A stretch of DNA of 64,000 nt from a virus. Below, piece by piece: positions 15,983 through 25,298 of the stretch. Under the pieces are notes generated by a model. That model saw nothing but the letters and a program-made list of their open reading frames with translations. It searched no databases and was not told the DNA's origin. Position numbers and translations under genes: made by a program. The number at the start of each line of letters is the position of its first letter. Within the stretch, counting starts at the first letter, position 1. The stretch is taken from IMG/VR virus record IMGVR_UViG_3300037452_000118, positions 64,814-128,813 of that record. One strand, written 5' to 3'.

Positions 15983-16668
15983 CATTTATTGATCTGACCG
16001 GGAAAAAATTTGGTCGCTTGACAGCTATCCGCCGCGTTGAGAATCGAGGTCATCGTCGCCCGCGCCCTCATTGGCTTTTCAGATGCGATTGCGGAAATGA
16101 GGTAATCCGATCTGCTGAACGCGTCAGAGAAGGGCGCACAAGATCGTGCGGATGCGCGTGGGTAACGCCTCATAAGCATGGTCATAGTTATGATGAGAAT
16201 GGCCAACAATCTCGCACCTATAGAGCTTGGGCCAATATGAAAACCCGCGTTAGACCCGGCAAAGAATGGAGTCGATATTACGCTGACAAGGGGATTACGG
16301 TTTGTGAACGATGGGAAAAAGATTTTCGGGATTTTTTAGCCGACATGGGTGAATGCCCGCCAGGCATGACCCTTGATCGTATTAACAACGATGGCAATTA
16401 TGAGCCTGGAAATTGTCGTTGGGCGACTACTGCTGAACAGAACAGAAATCAAAGTCGCACAAAATTAGTGCCAATGAAGGACGATGAGATTTGTTTAATG
16501 GACGCCTGCATTCGGGCCGGTATAAATTATACGACCGTTCGGAGCCGCATAAATAATGGAATGAGTATAGAAGAGGCGCTGTCAATGGCGCCTCTTAAAC
16601 GGACTCGACGCAAACTGTCGCTTGATGTGATGGTTTTAGAACGCGGTTCCGAATGGATGATGTATTGA
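15979..16668 (+). CDS. HNH homing endonuclease
   Basis: DLTGKKFGRLT, CDCG, SCGC, TLDRINNDGNYEPGNCRWAT. Confidence 0.9.
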   Translation: MTFIDLTGKKFGRLTAIRRVENRGHRRPRPHWLFRCDCGNEVIRSAERVREGRTRSCGCAWVTPHKHGHSYDENGQQSRTYRAWANMKTRVRPGKEWSRYYADKGITVCERWEKDFRDFLADMGECPPGMTLDRINNDGNYEPGNCRWATTAEQNRNQSRTKLVPMKDDEICLMDACIRAGINYTTVRSRINNGMSIEEALSMAPLKRTRRKLSLDVMVLERGSEWMMY

Positions 16669-16693
16669 TCTTGGTCGACCGCAGGAGGCGGAA

Positions 16694-17284
16694 ATCAATC
16701 TTCACTCGATCGTAGCCGGCGCCGTAGGCGCCATCAACCCGCGCATCTACGTCGCGGTCCGGGTCAGCGTCGGCCAGACGACGGCCGCCGACGGCACGCC
16801 GCGGCCGGCCTACGCGACGCCGGGGTCGTTCGTCGGGAGCATCGCTGGCAACACGCTCACCGTCTCCTCCGTCGCCTCCGGGGTTCTCCAGCCTGGCCAA
16901 GCCATCTTCGACGGCTCCGGCGCGGTGCTCCCGGGGACGACGATCGTCGGCGTCGGGAGCGGCGGCGGTCCAGGCACCTACGAGGTCAGCGAGGAGCAGA
17001 ACGTCCCGTCGACCGCGATGCAGTCGTCGCTGACGCTGCTCGCCCAGGCGCAGGCGCTGAGCACCCGCGACCTCCGCCAGATCGAGATGCTGAACCTCCA
17101 GGGCACGCTCAAGGCGTTCTACGTCAACGGCGCGCTCGACGGCGGCGTGCGGGTTCAGCTCAAGGGCGGCGACCTGCTCACGCTCCAGGACGGCAGCGTC
17201 TGGCTGGTCACTATCGTGCCGGAACCGTGGGTGATCACCGCAGGCTGGACGAAATTGATCGCCACGCTCCAGACCGGGGCATAG
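16694..17284 (+). CDS. Head-closure-type virion protein, apparent ATC start
   Basis: AGGAGG 5 nt before ATC-AAT-CTT-CAC ((M)NLHSIVAGAVGAINP); in frame with ORF 16925..17284; in-frame TGA at 16658. Confidence 0.75.
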   Translation: MNLHSIVAGAVGAINPRIYVAVRVSVGQTTAADGTPRPAYATPGSFVGSIAGNTLTVSSVASGVLQPGQAIFDGSGAVLPGTTIVGVGSGGGPGTYEVSEEQNVPSTAMQSSLTLLAQAQALSTRDLRQIEMLNLQGTLKAFYVNGALDGGVRVQLKGGDLLTLQDGSVWLVTIVPEPWVITAGWTKLIATLQTGA

Positions 17285-17348
17285 TGCGCGTCACGGCGCG
17301 ATGTAGTAATGATTCCGGCCGTCGACATTTTCGGAAGGGATCGCGCAA

Positions 17349-17732
17349 ATGAAGAAGCTCTCGCTCGCGGTGGCCGCAGTGCTGCCGCTGCTCTGCTCTG
17401 CGGCGGGGTCGCAGACGCCGATGGTCGGCGTCCCGTGGGTGCCGCTGGGCTTCTGCCAGCTCTCGCCGACCGCGGCGACGAAGCTGTCGGCCTGCAGCAT
17501 CAACAACGTCGTCGGCATCCCGGCCGGGGCGAACCTAGTCGTGGTCAGGGCGGAGGGCCAGACCGTGCGCTACCGCGACGACGGCATCGCGCCGAGCTCC
17601 GGCTCCGGGCAGCCGATCCTGACCACCGACCCGCCGTTCGTCTACGAGGGCAACCTGGCGGCGCTCCAGTTCATCCAGGCCAGCAGCTCGGCGACGCTCG
17701 ACGCGACGTTCTACAAGATCCCGGCGCAGTGA
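17349..17732 (+). CDS. Small protein with signal-peptide-like N-terminus in the virion cluster
   Basis: MKKLSLAVAAVLPLLCSAAGS; VRYRDDGIAP motif. Confidence 0.75.
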   Translation: MKKLSLAVAAVLPLLCSAAGSQTPMVGVPWVPLGFCQLSPTAATKLSACSINNVVGIPAGANLVVVRAEGQTVRYRDDGIAPSSGSGQPILTTDPPFVYEGNLAALQFIQASSSATLDATFYKIPAQ

Positions 17733-18710
17733 ATGGTCGCGATCTCCCCGACGCAGTCGAACGTCCAGCAGGCGCTCATCGCCTTCCTGGGCGCGGTGCT
17801 GCCCGGCCTCCCCGGCCAGCCGCCCGCGGTGTTCGTCGGCTCGATCGCGGGGAACGTCCTCACCGTGGCGCCGCTGCCGGGGAAGGTGCCGGTCGGCATC
17901 CAGGGGACTGTCCAGGTCAACGCGCCGCTGCTCGGGCTCGGCGTCGCGCCCGGAACGACGATCTCGGCGCAGCTCACCGGGGCCGGGGGCGTCGGCACCT
18001 ACCAGGTCTCGATCTCCCAGACCGTCGACGCGGCCACGATGTCCACCGGGGTCTCCGCGGTGCCCGGCCAAGTCAACCGGGTGCCGGAGCCCGTAAACCC
18101 GTTTTTCGCGATCGCCACGCCGATCAGGATCGAACGGCTGCGGACCAACGTCGACGCCTCGGCGGACGTCAAGCTGGTGGGGTCGATCGCGGGCGGCGTG
18201 CTGTCGGTCTCGCAGGTCGTCTCCGGCCAAGTCCAGGCCGGCGCCGCGCTCTTCGGCACCGGCGTGGTGCCGAACACCGCGGTGACCGGGCTCATCTCGG
18301 GCGTCGGCGGCACCGGAACCTACGCGGTCTCGCCCTCGCAGAGCGCGGCGGCGCAGACGATGTCGGCGGGGGCCAAGACGCTGACGCAGTCGGCGGAGAT
18401 CACGGTCCAGGTGGATTTTCATTCAAGCGACACGATGGCCGGGGACTTCGCGCAGACCGTCTCGACGTGCCTGCGCGACGAGTTCGGGGTCAACTTCTTC
18501 GCCGGGCTGGCGCCCCCGCTGAACGGGGTCGTGCCGCTCTACGCCGACGACCCCCGGCAGGCCCCCTTCGTTAACGCCGAAGGGCAATATGAATATCGGT
18601 GGACGCTCGACGTCTGCCTCCAGATTTACCAAACGGTGCAGGTCCCATCACAGTACGCCGACTCCGCGACCGTCGCGGTGGAAGACGTCAACGCGCTTTA
18701 CCCGCCCTAG
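17733..18710 (+). CDS. Tail terminator/neck protein with two inserted repeat modules
   Basis: GQVNRVPEP..RLRTN..VQVDF..PLYADDPRQAPFVNAEGQYEYRW; precedes sheath. Confidence 0.8.
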   Translation: MVAISPTQSNVQQALIAFLGAVLPGLPGQPPAVFVGSIAGNVLTVAPLPGKVPVGIQGTVQVNAPLLGLGVAPGTTISAQLTGAGGVGTYQVSISQTVDAATMSTGVSAVPGQVNRVPEPVNPFFAIATPIRIERLRTNVDASADVKLVGSIAGGVLSVSQVVSGQVQAGAALFGTGVVPNTAVTGLISGVGGTGTYAVSPSQSAAAQTMSAGAKTLTQSAEITVQVDFHSSDTMAGDFAQTVSTCLRDEFGVNFFAGLAPPLNGVVPLYADDPRQAPFVNAEGQYEYRWTLDVCLQIYQTVQVPSQYADSATVAVEDVNALYPP

Positions 18711-18790
18711 CATTTGTCGTGCGCCCCGCGCCGTGTTAATTGGTGCGCGGTGCGGTGCGCCGACTCAGGGGCGCCAAGGGAGACTTCGCG

Positions 18791-20740
18791 ATGTCAACGA
18801 TCCCGGCAAGCACGATCGTCAGCGTCGTCCCGAGCGTGCTCGCCGCCGGCGGCACCGGCCTGACCGGCACCGGCCTGATGCTCACCCGCAACACGCGGGT
18901 TCCGGTCGGCACCGTCGCGAACTTCGCCAACCAGGCCGCCGTTTCCGCCTTCTTCGGCGCCAGCGACGCGCTCACCGCCGAGGCCGGGATATACTTCGCC
19001 GGCTTCACCGGGGCGTCGATCCAGCCGTCGTCGCTCCTGATGGCGCAGTTTCCCGCGACAGCAGTCGCCGCCTACCTCCGCGGCGGCAACATCTCCGGCC
19101 TGTCGCTGCCCCAGCTCCAGGCCATCAACGGCACGCTGACCGCCGTATTTGAGGGCTACAGCCGCTCCGGCAACGTCAACCTGGCCGCGGCGACCAGCTT
19201 CTCCAACGCCGCCACGCTCATCCAGACCGCGCTGAACTCCGCGCTGCCGAGCGAGGCCAGCGTCACCGGTACGATCGCGGCGCAGACCGCCAGCTTCGTC
19301 GGCTCCATCGCCGGCAACGTGCTGTCCGTGACGCAGGTCACCGCGGGGCCGATCGTGACCGGCGGCGCGCTCAGCGGCTCCAGCGTCGCGGCGAACACCA
19401 CGGTCACCGGCCAGCTTACCGGTACGCCGGGCGGTATCGGAACGTACGCCGTCTCCGTCGCCCAGATCCTCGCCTCCGAGGCGCTCACCGAAACCTACGG
19501 CCTGCTCAACGTGACCAACGTGGCCTCCGGCGCGCCCGCGATCGGGCAGGCGCTGTCCGGCACCGGGGTCGCCGCGAACACGTCGATCGTCGCGCTGGGT
19601 ACCGGCGTCGGCGGGACGGGGACGTACTACGTCAGCCCGTCGCAGTCCGCTGGCTCCGGGGCGATGACCGGCGCCGCGATCGCGCTCGCCGTCACCTACG
19701 ACTCGGTCTCCGGGGCGCTCGTCGTCACCTCCGGCGTCAACGGTCCGGCCTCCACGGCCGCCTTCGCCACCGGCACCGCGGCGGCGCCGCTGCTGCTGAC
19801 CTCCGCGACGGGGGCGGTACTGTCGCAGGGCGCGGCCCCGCAGACGCCGGCGGCCTTCATGACGGCGCTGATCGGGCAGAACGTGAACTGGGTCAACTTC
19901 ATGACCCACTTCGACCCCGACGGCGGCTCCGGCAACGCGGTCAAGCAGCAGTTCGCGGCGTGGAAGAACACCGCGCTGGGCGGCAACCGCTTCGGCTACT
20001 TCTGCTGGGATCCCGACGCCAGCCCTGCGGCGTCGAACCCCGCCGCAGCGAGCCTCGGCCAGATCCTCAAGGCGAACAACGATTCCGGCACGCTGCTGAT
20101 CTGGGAGGGCGGCGCCACCGTCGACACCGGGCTCTGCGCCTTCGCGCTCGGGCTCGCGGCGTCGATCAACTACCAGCAGACCAACGGCCGCACCGACTTC
20201 GCCTTCCGCCAGGGCGCCGGCGAGATCGCCAACGTGACCGATATCAACACGGCAACGAACCTGCTCGCCAACGGCTACTGCTTCTACGGCGCCTACGGTG
20301 CCGCGAACGCCTCGTACGTCTGGTTCCAGAACGGCCAGATCACCGGCCCGTTCGCGTGGGCGGACAGCTACCAGACGCAGGTCTGGCTCAACAGTTTCTT
20401 CCAGACCCAGCTACTGGCGTTGTTCCAAAACTCGCTCTCGGTGCCGTTCACTCAAGCTGGCGTTTCGCTCATCCAACAAGCGTGTCAGACCGTCATCCAG
20501 CAAGGCCTCGCGTTCGGCGCCTTCGCTCCGAATACGCTGACTGCATCGCAAGTCGCGGAGGTCAACAACATGGCCGGCGCAAATATTGCCGGAACGCTGC
20601 AGGCTCAAGGTTATGCTTTGGTCATCAATATCCCCAGCCAGATAGTACAGGCGGCGCGCGGACCTTGGCCGATGCAGTTTTTTTACATCGACCGCAATTC
20701 GGTGCACTCGCTCGACTTGTCCTCGGTCTTGGTGCAATAG
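18791..20740 (+). CDS. Tail sheath protein (DUF3383-like)
   Basis: MSTIPASTIVSVVPSVL, GRTDFAFR, NGYCFYGAY, WADSY..QVWLN. Confidence 0.9.
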   Translation: MSTIPASTIVSVVPSVLAAGGTGLTGTGLMLTRNTRVPVGTVANFANQAAVSAFFGASDALTAEAGIYFAGFTGASIQPSSLLMAQFPATAVAAYLRGGNISGLSLPQLQAINGTLTAVFEGYSRSGNVNLAAATSFSNAATLIQTALNSALPSEASVTGTIAAQTASFVGSIAGNVLSVTQVTAGPIVTGGALSGSSVAANTTVTGQLTGTPGGIGTYAVSVAQILASEALTETYGLLNVTNVASGAPAIGQALSGTGVAANTSIVALGTGVGGTGTYYVSPSQSAGSGAMTGAAIALAVTYDSVSGALVVTSGVNGPASTAAFATGTAAAPLLLTSATGAVLSQGAAPQTPAAFMTALIGQNVNWVNFMTHFDPDGGSGNAVKQQFAAWKNTALGGNRFGYFCWDPDASPAASNPAAASLGQILKANNDSGTLLIWEGGATVDTGLCAFALGLAASINYQQTNGRTDFAFRQGAGEIANVTDINTATNLLANGYCFYGAYGAANASYVWFQNGQITGPFAWADSYQTQVWLNSFFQTQLLALFQNSLSVPFTQAGVSLIQQACQTVIQQGLAFGAFAPNTLTASQVAEVNNMAGANIAGTLQAQGYALVINIPSQIVQAARGPWPMQFFYIDRNSVHSLDLSSVLVQ

Positions 20741-20752
20741 GAGCCCGCCGTT

Positions 20753-21181
20753 ATGCTCACAGCCGCCAACGCCGTCATTACATTCTCGCAGGCAACTTTG
20801 TTTCCAGTCCCGCAGCAGCTTCAGGGCTTCGCGGCGGACGACGTTACCGACATGGACAACGCGAAGGTCCTCGAGCACGTCATGGGGGTCGACGGCGTAC
20901 TTTCTTTCGGCTTCGTCTACGTTGAGCGGATGCAGAACATAACTTTGCAGGCGGACTCGGCATCGAACTCGTTCTTCGACATCATCAACGCCAGCCAAGA
21001 GGCGGCGCAGACCGCCTACCCGCTCACCGGGGTCATCATCCTCCCCGCCATCGGGCTGATGTTCAGCTGCATCAACGGCGGCCTTGATACCTACAACCCG
21101 ATGCCGCCGGTGCGTAAGATCATCCAACCGCGCAAGTTCCGCATCGTCTGGAACAAGGTCATCGCGGCGCCTGCGGCCTAG
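20753..21181 (+). CDS. Tail tube protein
   Basis: LQGFAADD..MGVDG..ITLQADSAS; follows sheath. Confidence 0.8.
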   Translation: MLTAANAVITFSQATLFPVPQQLQGFAADDVTDMDNAKVLEHVMGVDGVLSFGFVYVERMQNITLQADSASNSFFDIINASQEAAQTAYPLTGVIILPAIGLMFSCINGGLDTYNPMPPVRKIIQPRKFRIVWNKVIAAPAA

Positions 21182-21182
21182 G

Positions 21183-21407
21183 ATGCCATCCGTCCCGCTG
21201 AAGGACGGTGAGTGCCGGTGGTGCGGCGAGGTACATCCGACGCCCTTCCTCTGCCCCTGGGTCAAGGCGCTGGAGTTCGCGCACGGCGATGAACGGGTGA
21301 CACGCGTCGAGTTCTTGACCGCGGCGGACTTCCCGAAGGATGACCAGAAGTCGACGCCGCCGGAACAACCTGATTATCCGCGGCTGAGGCCGATCGAAGG
21401 AGGTTGA
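21183..21407 (+). CDS. Small hypothetical protein
   Basis: CRWCGEVH...CPWV; coupled to next gene. Confidence 0.5.
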   Translation: MPSVPLKDGECRWCGEVHPTPFLCPWVKALEFAHGDERVTRVEFLTAADFPKDDQKSTPPEQPDYPRLRPIEGG

Positions 21408-21955
21408 GCGTGCGCAAGGAGAAGATCGTCAAGGCGCCGGACTACTGCGGACGCGATTACGCCGCCGGCAGAATTTACAAACTCAAGGAATGGCCAGCCG
21501 CCCGAGCGGAGAAATGGGGCATTCGCGCCGCGCTCTCGTTCAACAGCAAGGGGACAGTCCAGATCCCGATGTCGTGGGCGGGTATCGGATGGGAGGGGCT
21601 CGCCGTCTTGGGCATCAACGCTTTCCTCGGCGGCGGCATGGACCCTGACGTAGTGATCCCCATCCTCGACGAGCTGCTGGAATGCGTTACTATCATCCGC
21701 GATCCCAAGATACGCGATGCCCAGCATCAAGTTCTCGCTACCCCTCTGGTCAGCGACGACGACATCGAGGAAGTTATCACCCGGGGTTGGCTGCGCAGCG
21801 AAGTTTTCGAGCTCCACTCGGGTTTTTCGCCGGCCGACGCCCTGTCGAAGTGGCTATCGACAGTGGAGCGCCGGCAGGACTCGTCGAAAGCTACCTCGGA
21901 TATCCAAACCTCAGCCCCAAAATCGGACTCGCCCTCTCCCGCTGCCCCGAGCTGA
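21404..21955 (+). CDS. Tail assembly chaperone (zero-frame product)
   Basis: Between tube and tape measure; DDIEEV..LRSEVFELHSGF. Confidence 0.75.
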   Translation: MSVRKEKIVKAPDYCGRDYAAGRIYKLKEWPAARAEKWGIRAALSFNSKGTVQIPMSWAGIGWEGLAVLGINAFLGGGMDPDVVIPILDELLECVTIIRDPKIRDAQHQVLATPLVSDDDIEEVITRGWLRSEVFELHSGFSPADALSKWLSTVERRQDSSKATSDIQTSAPKSDSPSPAAPS

Positions 21956-22080
21956 TAGGGCCGCTTAACGACACGTTGGGGCTGGAGGACTTGGAAGATA
22001 TAATCGAGGTCATCATGGTCGACTCGCACAACAAGTCGATCACGGCGGCAGCGATACGGCGCAAGCAAGAGAATCAGTAA
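21820..22080 (+). other. -1 frameshift site G-GGT-TTT and frameshifted chaperone extension
   Basis: X-XXY-YYZ heptamer at 21820-21826 in correct phase; -1 frame open to 22080 (..GLEDLEDIIEVIMVDSHN). Confidence 0.7.
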
Positions 22081-22111
22081 GATTCGGCAAATACAAAATA
22101 GGAGACAACAG

Positions 22112-22324
22112 ATGGGTCCCGGTGAACAACTTACAGTCGCTGATCTGATCAAAGAACTGCAAAAATTTCCGATGGATGGAAAATTAGAAATGAGGGACAT
22201 CAGCGTCGTTACCAAGGATGGCGCCGATCGTCCCAAGCTGATCCTCATCGTCCATGACCACGAGATGGACCCGGTTTTCCAATTTACGGGGCCGTTTGAG
22301 CGCGGTTTCAGGAGCAAGCCATGA
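22112..22324 (+). CDS. Hypothetical protein (moron)
   Basis: AGGAG SD, lower GC. Confidence 0.6.
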   Translation: MGPGEQLTVADLIKELQKFPMDGKLEMRDISVVTKDGADRPKLILIVHDHEMDPVFQFTGPFERGFRSKP

Positions 22325-22878
22325 ATCGCAGATCAATCGTCAAGGTGCTGGCCGCCGTCCTTCCCGCCGCCGTAGTTAGCAAGTTTGCAGCGGCCGAACC
22401 GGAAGCATCAACGCCTAACCATATTCGGAAATATGAGATGGAACTGGACAAGCAGCGCGATGGGAAGCTGCCACCAGTTATTTTCATGTCGCTACCACTG
22501 AATCGCGATGGCAGATGGTATCCGTCATACGAACCGGATACTGTGATGCACATCGAAGTCGCAGCATCAATAAACTGCACGATCGCCTTCGATACGCCGA
22601 GCAAGAGCGGCAAAGGTACCTATCATCAGTATTTTATGTCGGTTCCGCAGATGGTAAAGAACTGGCACGATCCGAATTGGCGCCAATACTATGGTATGCC
22701 GCGCTTCAATATCGTCGATAGGGAGCCGGATCAAATTGAAGCCAATCATAAACTTTGGGAAGAATGTGAAGCAGGCGGCATCCCGCTCAAACAGCGACCG
22801 ATAGATCTACAGGTTGAGCCGACGATAGCTAACTATCGTGCGCTCGATGAGCGTATTCTAGAGGATATTTTCGGATAG
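22321..22878 (+). CDS. Hypothetical protein with twin-arginine-like N-terminus
   Basis: MNRRSIVKVLAAVLPAAVV; lower GC. Confidence 0.65.
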   Translation: MNRRSIVKVLAAVLPAAVVSKFAAAEPEASTPNHIRKYEMELDKQRDGKLPPVIFMSLPLNRDGRWYPSYEPDTVMHIEVAASINCTIAFDTPSKSGKGTYHQYFMSVPQMVKNWHDPNWRQYYGMPRFNIVDREPDQIEANHKLWEECEAGGIPLKQRPIDLQVEPTIANYRALDERILEDIFG

Positions 22879-22890
22879 GGGTAAAGGAAC

Positions 22891-24315
22891 GTGGCCGTCC
22901 TAGACTCGCTCGTCTTGGAATTTTCTCTCGATCCCAGCAAGTTCGAGCGCGGGCGGGAACAGATTGAGTCGGATGTCAAAAAACTGAAGGAAGGGACGCA
23001 GCGCGACGCCGCAGAAACCGAGGCGTCGACCAAGAAGCTCACCGAAGTTTTCACCGGGCTGAAGCGCGAGTTCCTCGGCTTCCTCGGCATCGCCGTCGGC
23101 GGTGCCGCGGCCCGGCAGTTTTTCGACTTCCTGGTCAATCTCGACGCCTCGACATCTCGTCTGAGCCGTACGCTCGGCATCAATATCTCAGAATTAAATG
23201 CTTGGTCGATGGCGGCCAAACAGTTCGGTGGTACTGGCCAAGAAGTCGCCGGTACCATCCAGAGGCTAGGGCAAGAGATATGGAGTTTTAGATTCGGCGT
23301 CCCCAGCAATCTCCCGGGCCAGCTTAATCAACTCGGAATTGACGCTTTCGACGAAAAACGTAACCCAAAAAGTGGTGTGCAGGTATTACGCGATCTAGCT
23401 GATTGGGCAGATCGAAACCAAATGCCGATGGCTGGCAAAGCAGCATTTTTGCAGCGCGTAATTGGCCTCGACGAAACGACCATCAACATGATCATCCGCG
23501 GCCGCGCGGAGCTGGAAAAGACGCTCGCGACGGTGCGGCAGAGCGAAGCGGAAATGAAGGAGGCCGGTCGCACGGCAGAGGAGTTTCAGAAAAATTGGGC
23601 GACGATTGAATCGGGGGCGATTAACGCAGGGCGCGCTATCGCAGGCCCCTTCATGAGGTCGCTGATTGACGCCGTTGCCAAGTTGAAAGAATGGACAGGT
23701 CTGTTAGACAAAAAAAAAGATCTGTCCTCGTCGTTTCTGCTGGGTGAGGGTTGGGGTACTACTGAGCCTGAAGCGCCATCTGGCAAAGCCGCGCCGGGGA
23801 GAGGAGGATCGAACTGGGGCAATTTCCTCTCTGGCCTGTCCTTTCTCGAATCGTCGCAGACTGGCGGCGGCAACGCTGGCAGCACCGCGCAAGGATTTTT
23901 TCAGTTTCTCAGAGGGACCGCCGCAAGGGCTCGATCTGCCGGTATTGCCGACCCACGATTCGGAAACTATGCGAACCAGGCAGACAGGACGAAGCGGTAC
24001 ATCGAGAAGTTCTATCCCGGCGCGGCGGCGGCAATCGAAAAGGGGGACTTCAAGTCAGCATCGGCCGCATTGAACAAGGAATGGCCTAGCCTGCCCGGGG
24101 GAAGCCAGCCACAGAGCGCCGCGCGCTATTCGACCTTCGCTCAAGAGCTTCAAGGCGGCGGCCCGCGGCCGCCGGGAGGCGGCGGCGGAAACATCACCGT
24201 GCAAAATATGAACGTCTATTCCAAAGCCGACGACGCGGCCGGGATCAGCCGCGACATCAAGAGCAACCTCGAACGGAATCAGTTCACGGCGCAGGTGCCG
24301 CAGGGGACGCAGTGA
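22891..24315 (+). CDS. Short tape-measure protein with C-terminal lysozyme-like domain
   Basis: VLDSLVLEFSLD N-terminus, helical body, LESS..STAQGFFQFL..LNKEWPSLPG. Confidence 0.8.
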   Translation: MAVLDSLVLEFSLDPSKFERGREQIESDVKKLKEGTQRDAAETEASTKKLTEVFTGLKREFLGFLGIAVGGAAARQFFDFLVNLDASTSRLSRTLGINISELNAWSMAAKQFGGTGQEVAGTIQRLGQEIWSFRFGVPSNLPGQLNQLGIDAFDEKRNPKSGVQVLRDLADWADRNQMPMAGKAAFLQRVIGLDETTINMIIRGRAELEKTLATVRQSEAEMKEAGRTAEEFQKNWATIESGAINAGRAIAGPFMRSLIDAVAKLKEWTGLLDKKKDLSSSFLLGEGWGTTEPEAPSGKAAPGRGGSNWGNFLSGLSFLESSQTGGGNAGSTAQGFFQFLRGTAARARSAGIADPRFGNYANQADRTKRYIEKFYPGAAAAIEKGDFKSASAALNKEWPSLPGGSQPQSAARYSTFAQELQGGGPRPPGGGGGNITVQNMNVYSKADDAAGISRDIKSNLERNQFTAQVPQGTQ

Positions 24316-24977
24316 TGGCGAACATCGAGCTGCTTGTGGCCGACGCCGCCGACCTGTTCCTCGGCGCCCTGCTGGGACCGTCGTGGGGCATCTACCAGAA
24401 CGGGCAAGCCGTCATCCAGCCGGCGAACCAATTCAGCGGACTGGTCACGTCGGCGCTGAGCACGCTATCGGACATCGCCTCCATCATCGGGGTTCCCGGC
24501 CTTGTTCCGGTCGTCGCGTCGACGGTGTCCTTCGACTTCGCGCAGGACTGGCCGATCTCAAATTATCCGCAGGAACAAGGCGCATTCCAGAGTTACAACA
24601 AGGTAACGTTGCCCTACGACATCAAACTCCGGATGACGTGCCAGGGAGACGAAGCAACTCGCCAGGCCTTTCTGAACACCTGCATCGCCATCGCGAACGC
24701 GCCGGCGCCGACGGTCTTTGATATCCAGACGCCGGAAATCGTCTTCACGAGCTGCAGCGCAACGCACATCAGTTGGCGCCGGGAATCCGATCATGGTGCC
24801 ACGCTGATAGTTGTCGAACTCTGGTTCCAGAAAATTGCGGTGACCTCAAGTACGACGTTCGAAAACACCCAGCAGCCCGGAGATGCCTCGCCTCAATCGC
24901 TCGGCAACGGCCAAGCGAAGGCGCCGGGCCAAGACATCAATCAACAGCTCACGGCGGGCACATTGGCGGTCCAATAA
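24315..24977 (+). CDS. Baseplate/tail-tube initiator protein
   Basis: WGIY..ISNYPQEQGAFQSYNKV; synteny. Confidence 0.75.
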   Translation: MANIELLVADAADLFLGALLGPSWGIYQNGQAVIQPANQFSGLVTSALSTLSDIASIIGVPGLVPVVASTVSFDFAQDWPISNYPQEQGAFQSYNKVTLPYDIKLRMTCQGDEATRQAFLNTCIAIANAPAPTVFDIQTPEIVFTSCSATHISWRRESDHGATLIVVELWFQKIAVTSSTTFENTQQPGDASPQSLGNGQAKAPGQDINQQLTAGTLAVQ

Positions 24978-25297
24978 TGCTCATAGTCCCCTTGCAAACG
25001 CTGCCTAACCAAACGCTTCAGGTCCAGCTCAACGGCCAAGCCTGCACGCTGAATGTCTTCCAATATGCTTACGGGCTTTTTACCTCGATCACGGTAGGGG
25101 CGATACCGATCGTCAACAGCGTGATATGCGAGAATTTGGTGCGGCTGGTACGCGACGTGTATCTTGGCTTCGTCGGCGATCTTGTATTCGTCGATACGCA
25201 GGGCAGCGAAAACCCAAACTATACCGAACTCGGTACGCGATGGCAGCTCGTCTATCTCGACCCCGCTGACCTTGCCGCTCTCAACATAGCGGGGTGA
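24977..25297 (+). CDS. Small baseplate protein
   Basis: VPLQTLPNQTLQVQLNGQ..YLGFVGDLVFVDTQG..LGTRWQLVY. Confidence 0.75.
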   Translation: MLIVPLQTLPNQTLQVQLNGQACTLNVFQYAYGLFTSITVGAIPIVNSVICENLVRLVRDVYLGFVGDLVFVDTQGSENPNYTELGTRWQLVYLDPADLAALNIAG

Positions 25298-25298
25298 C

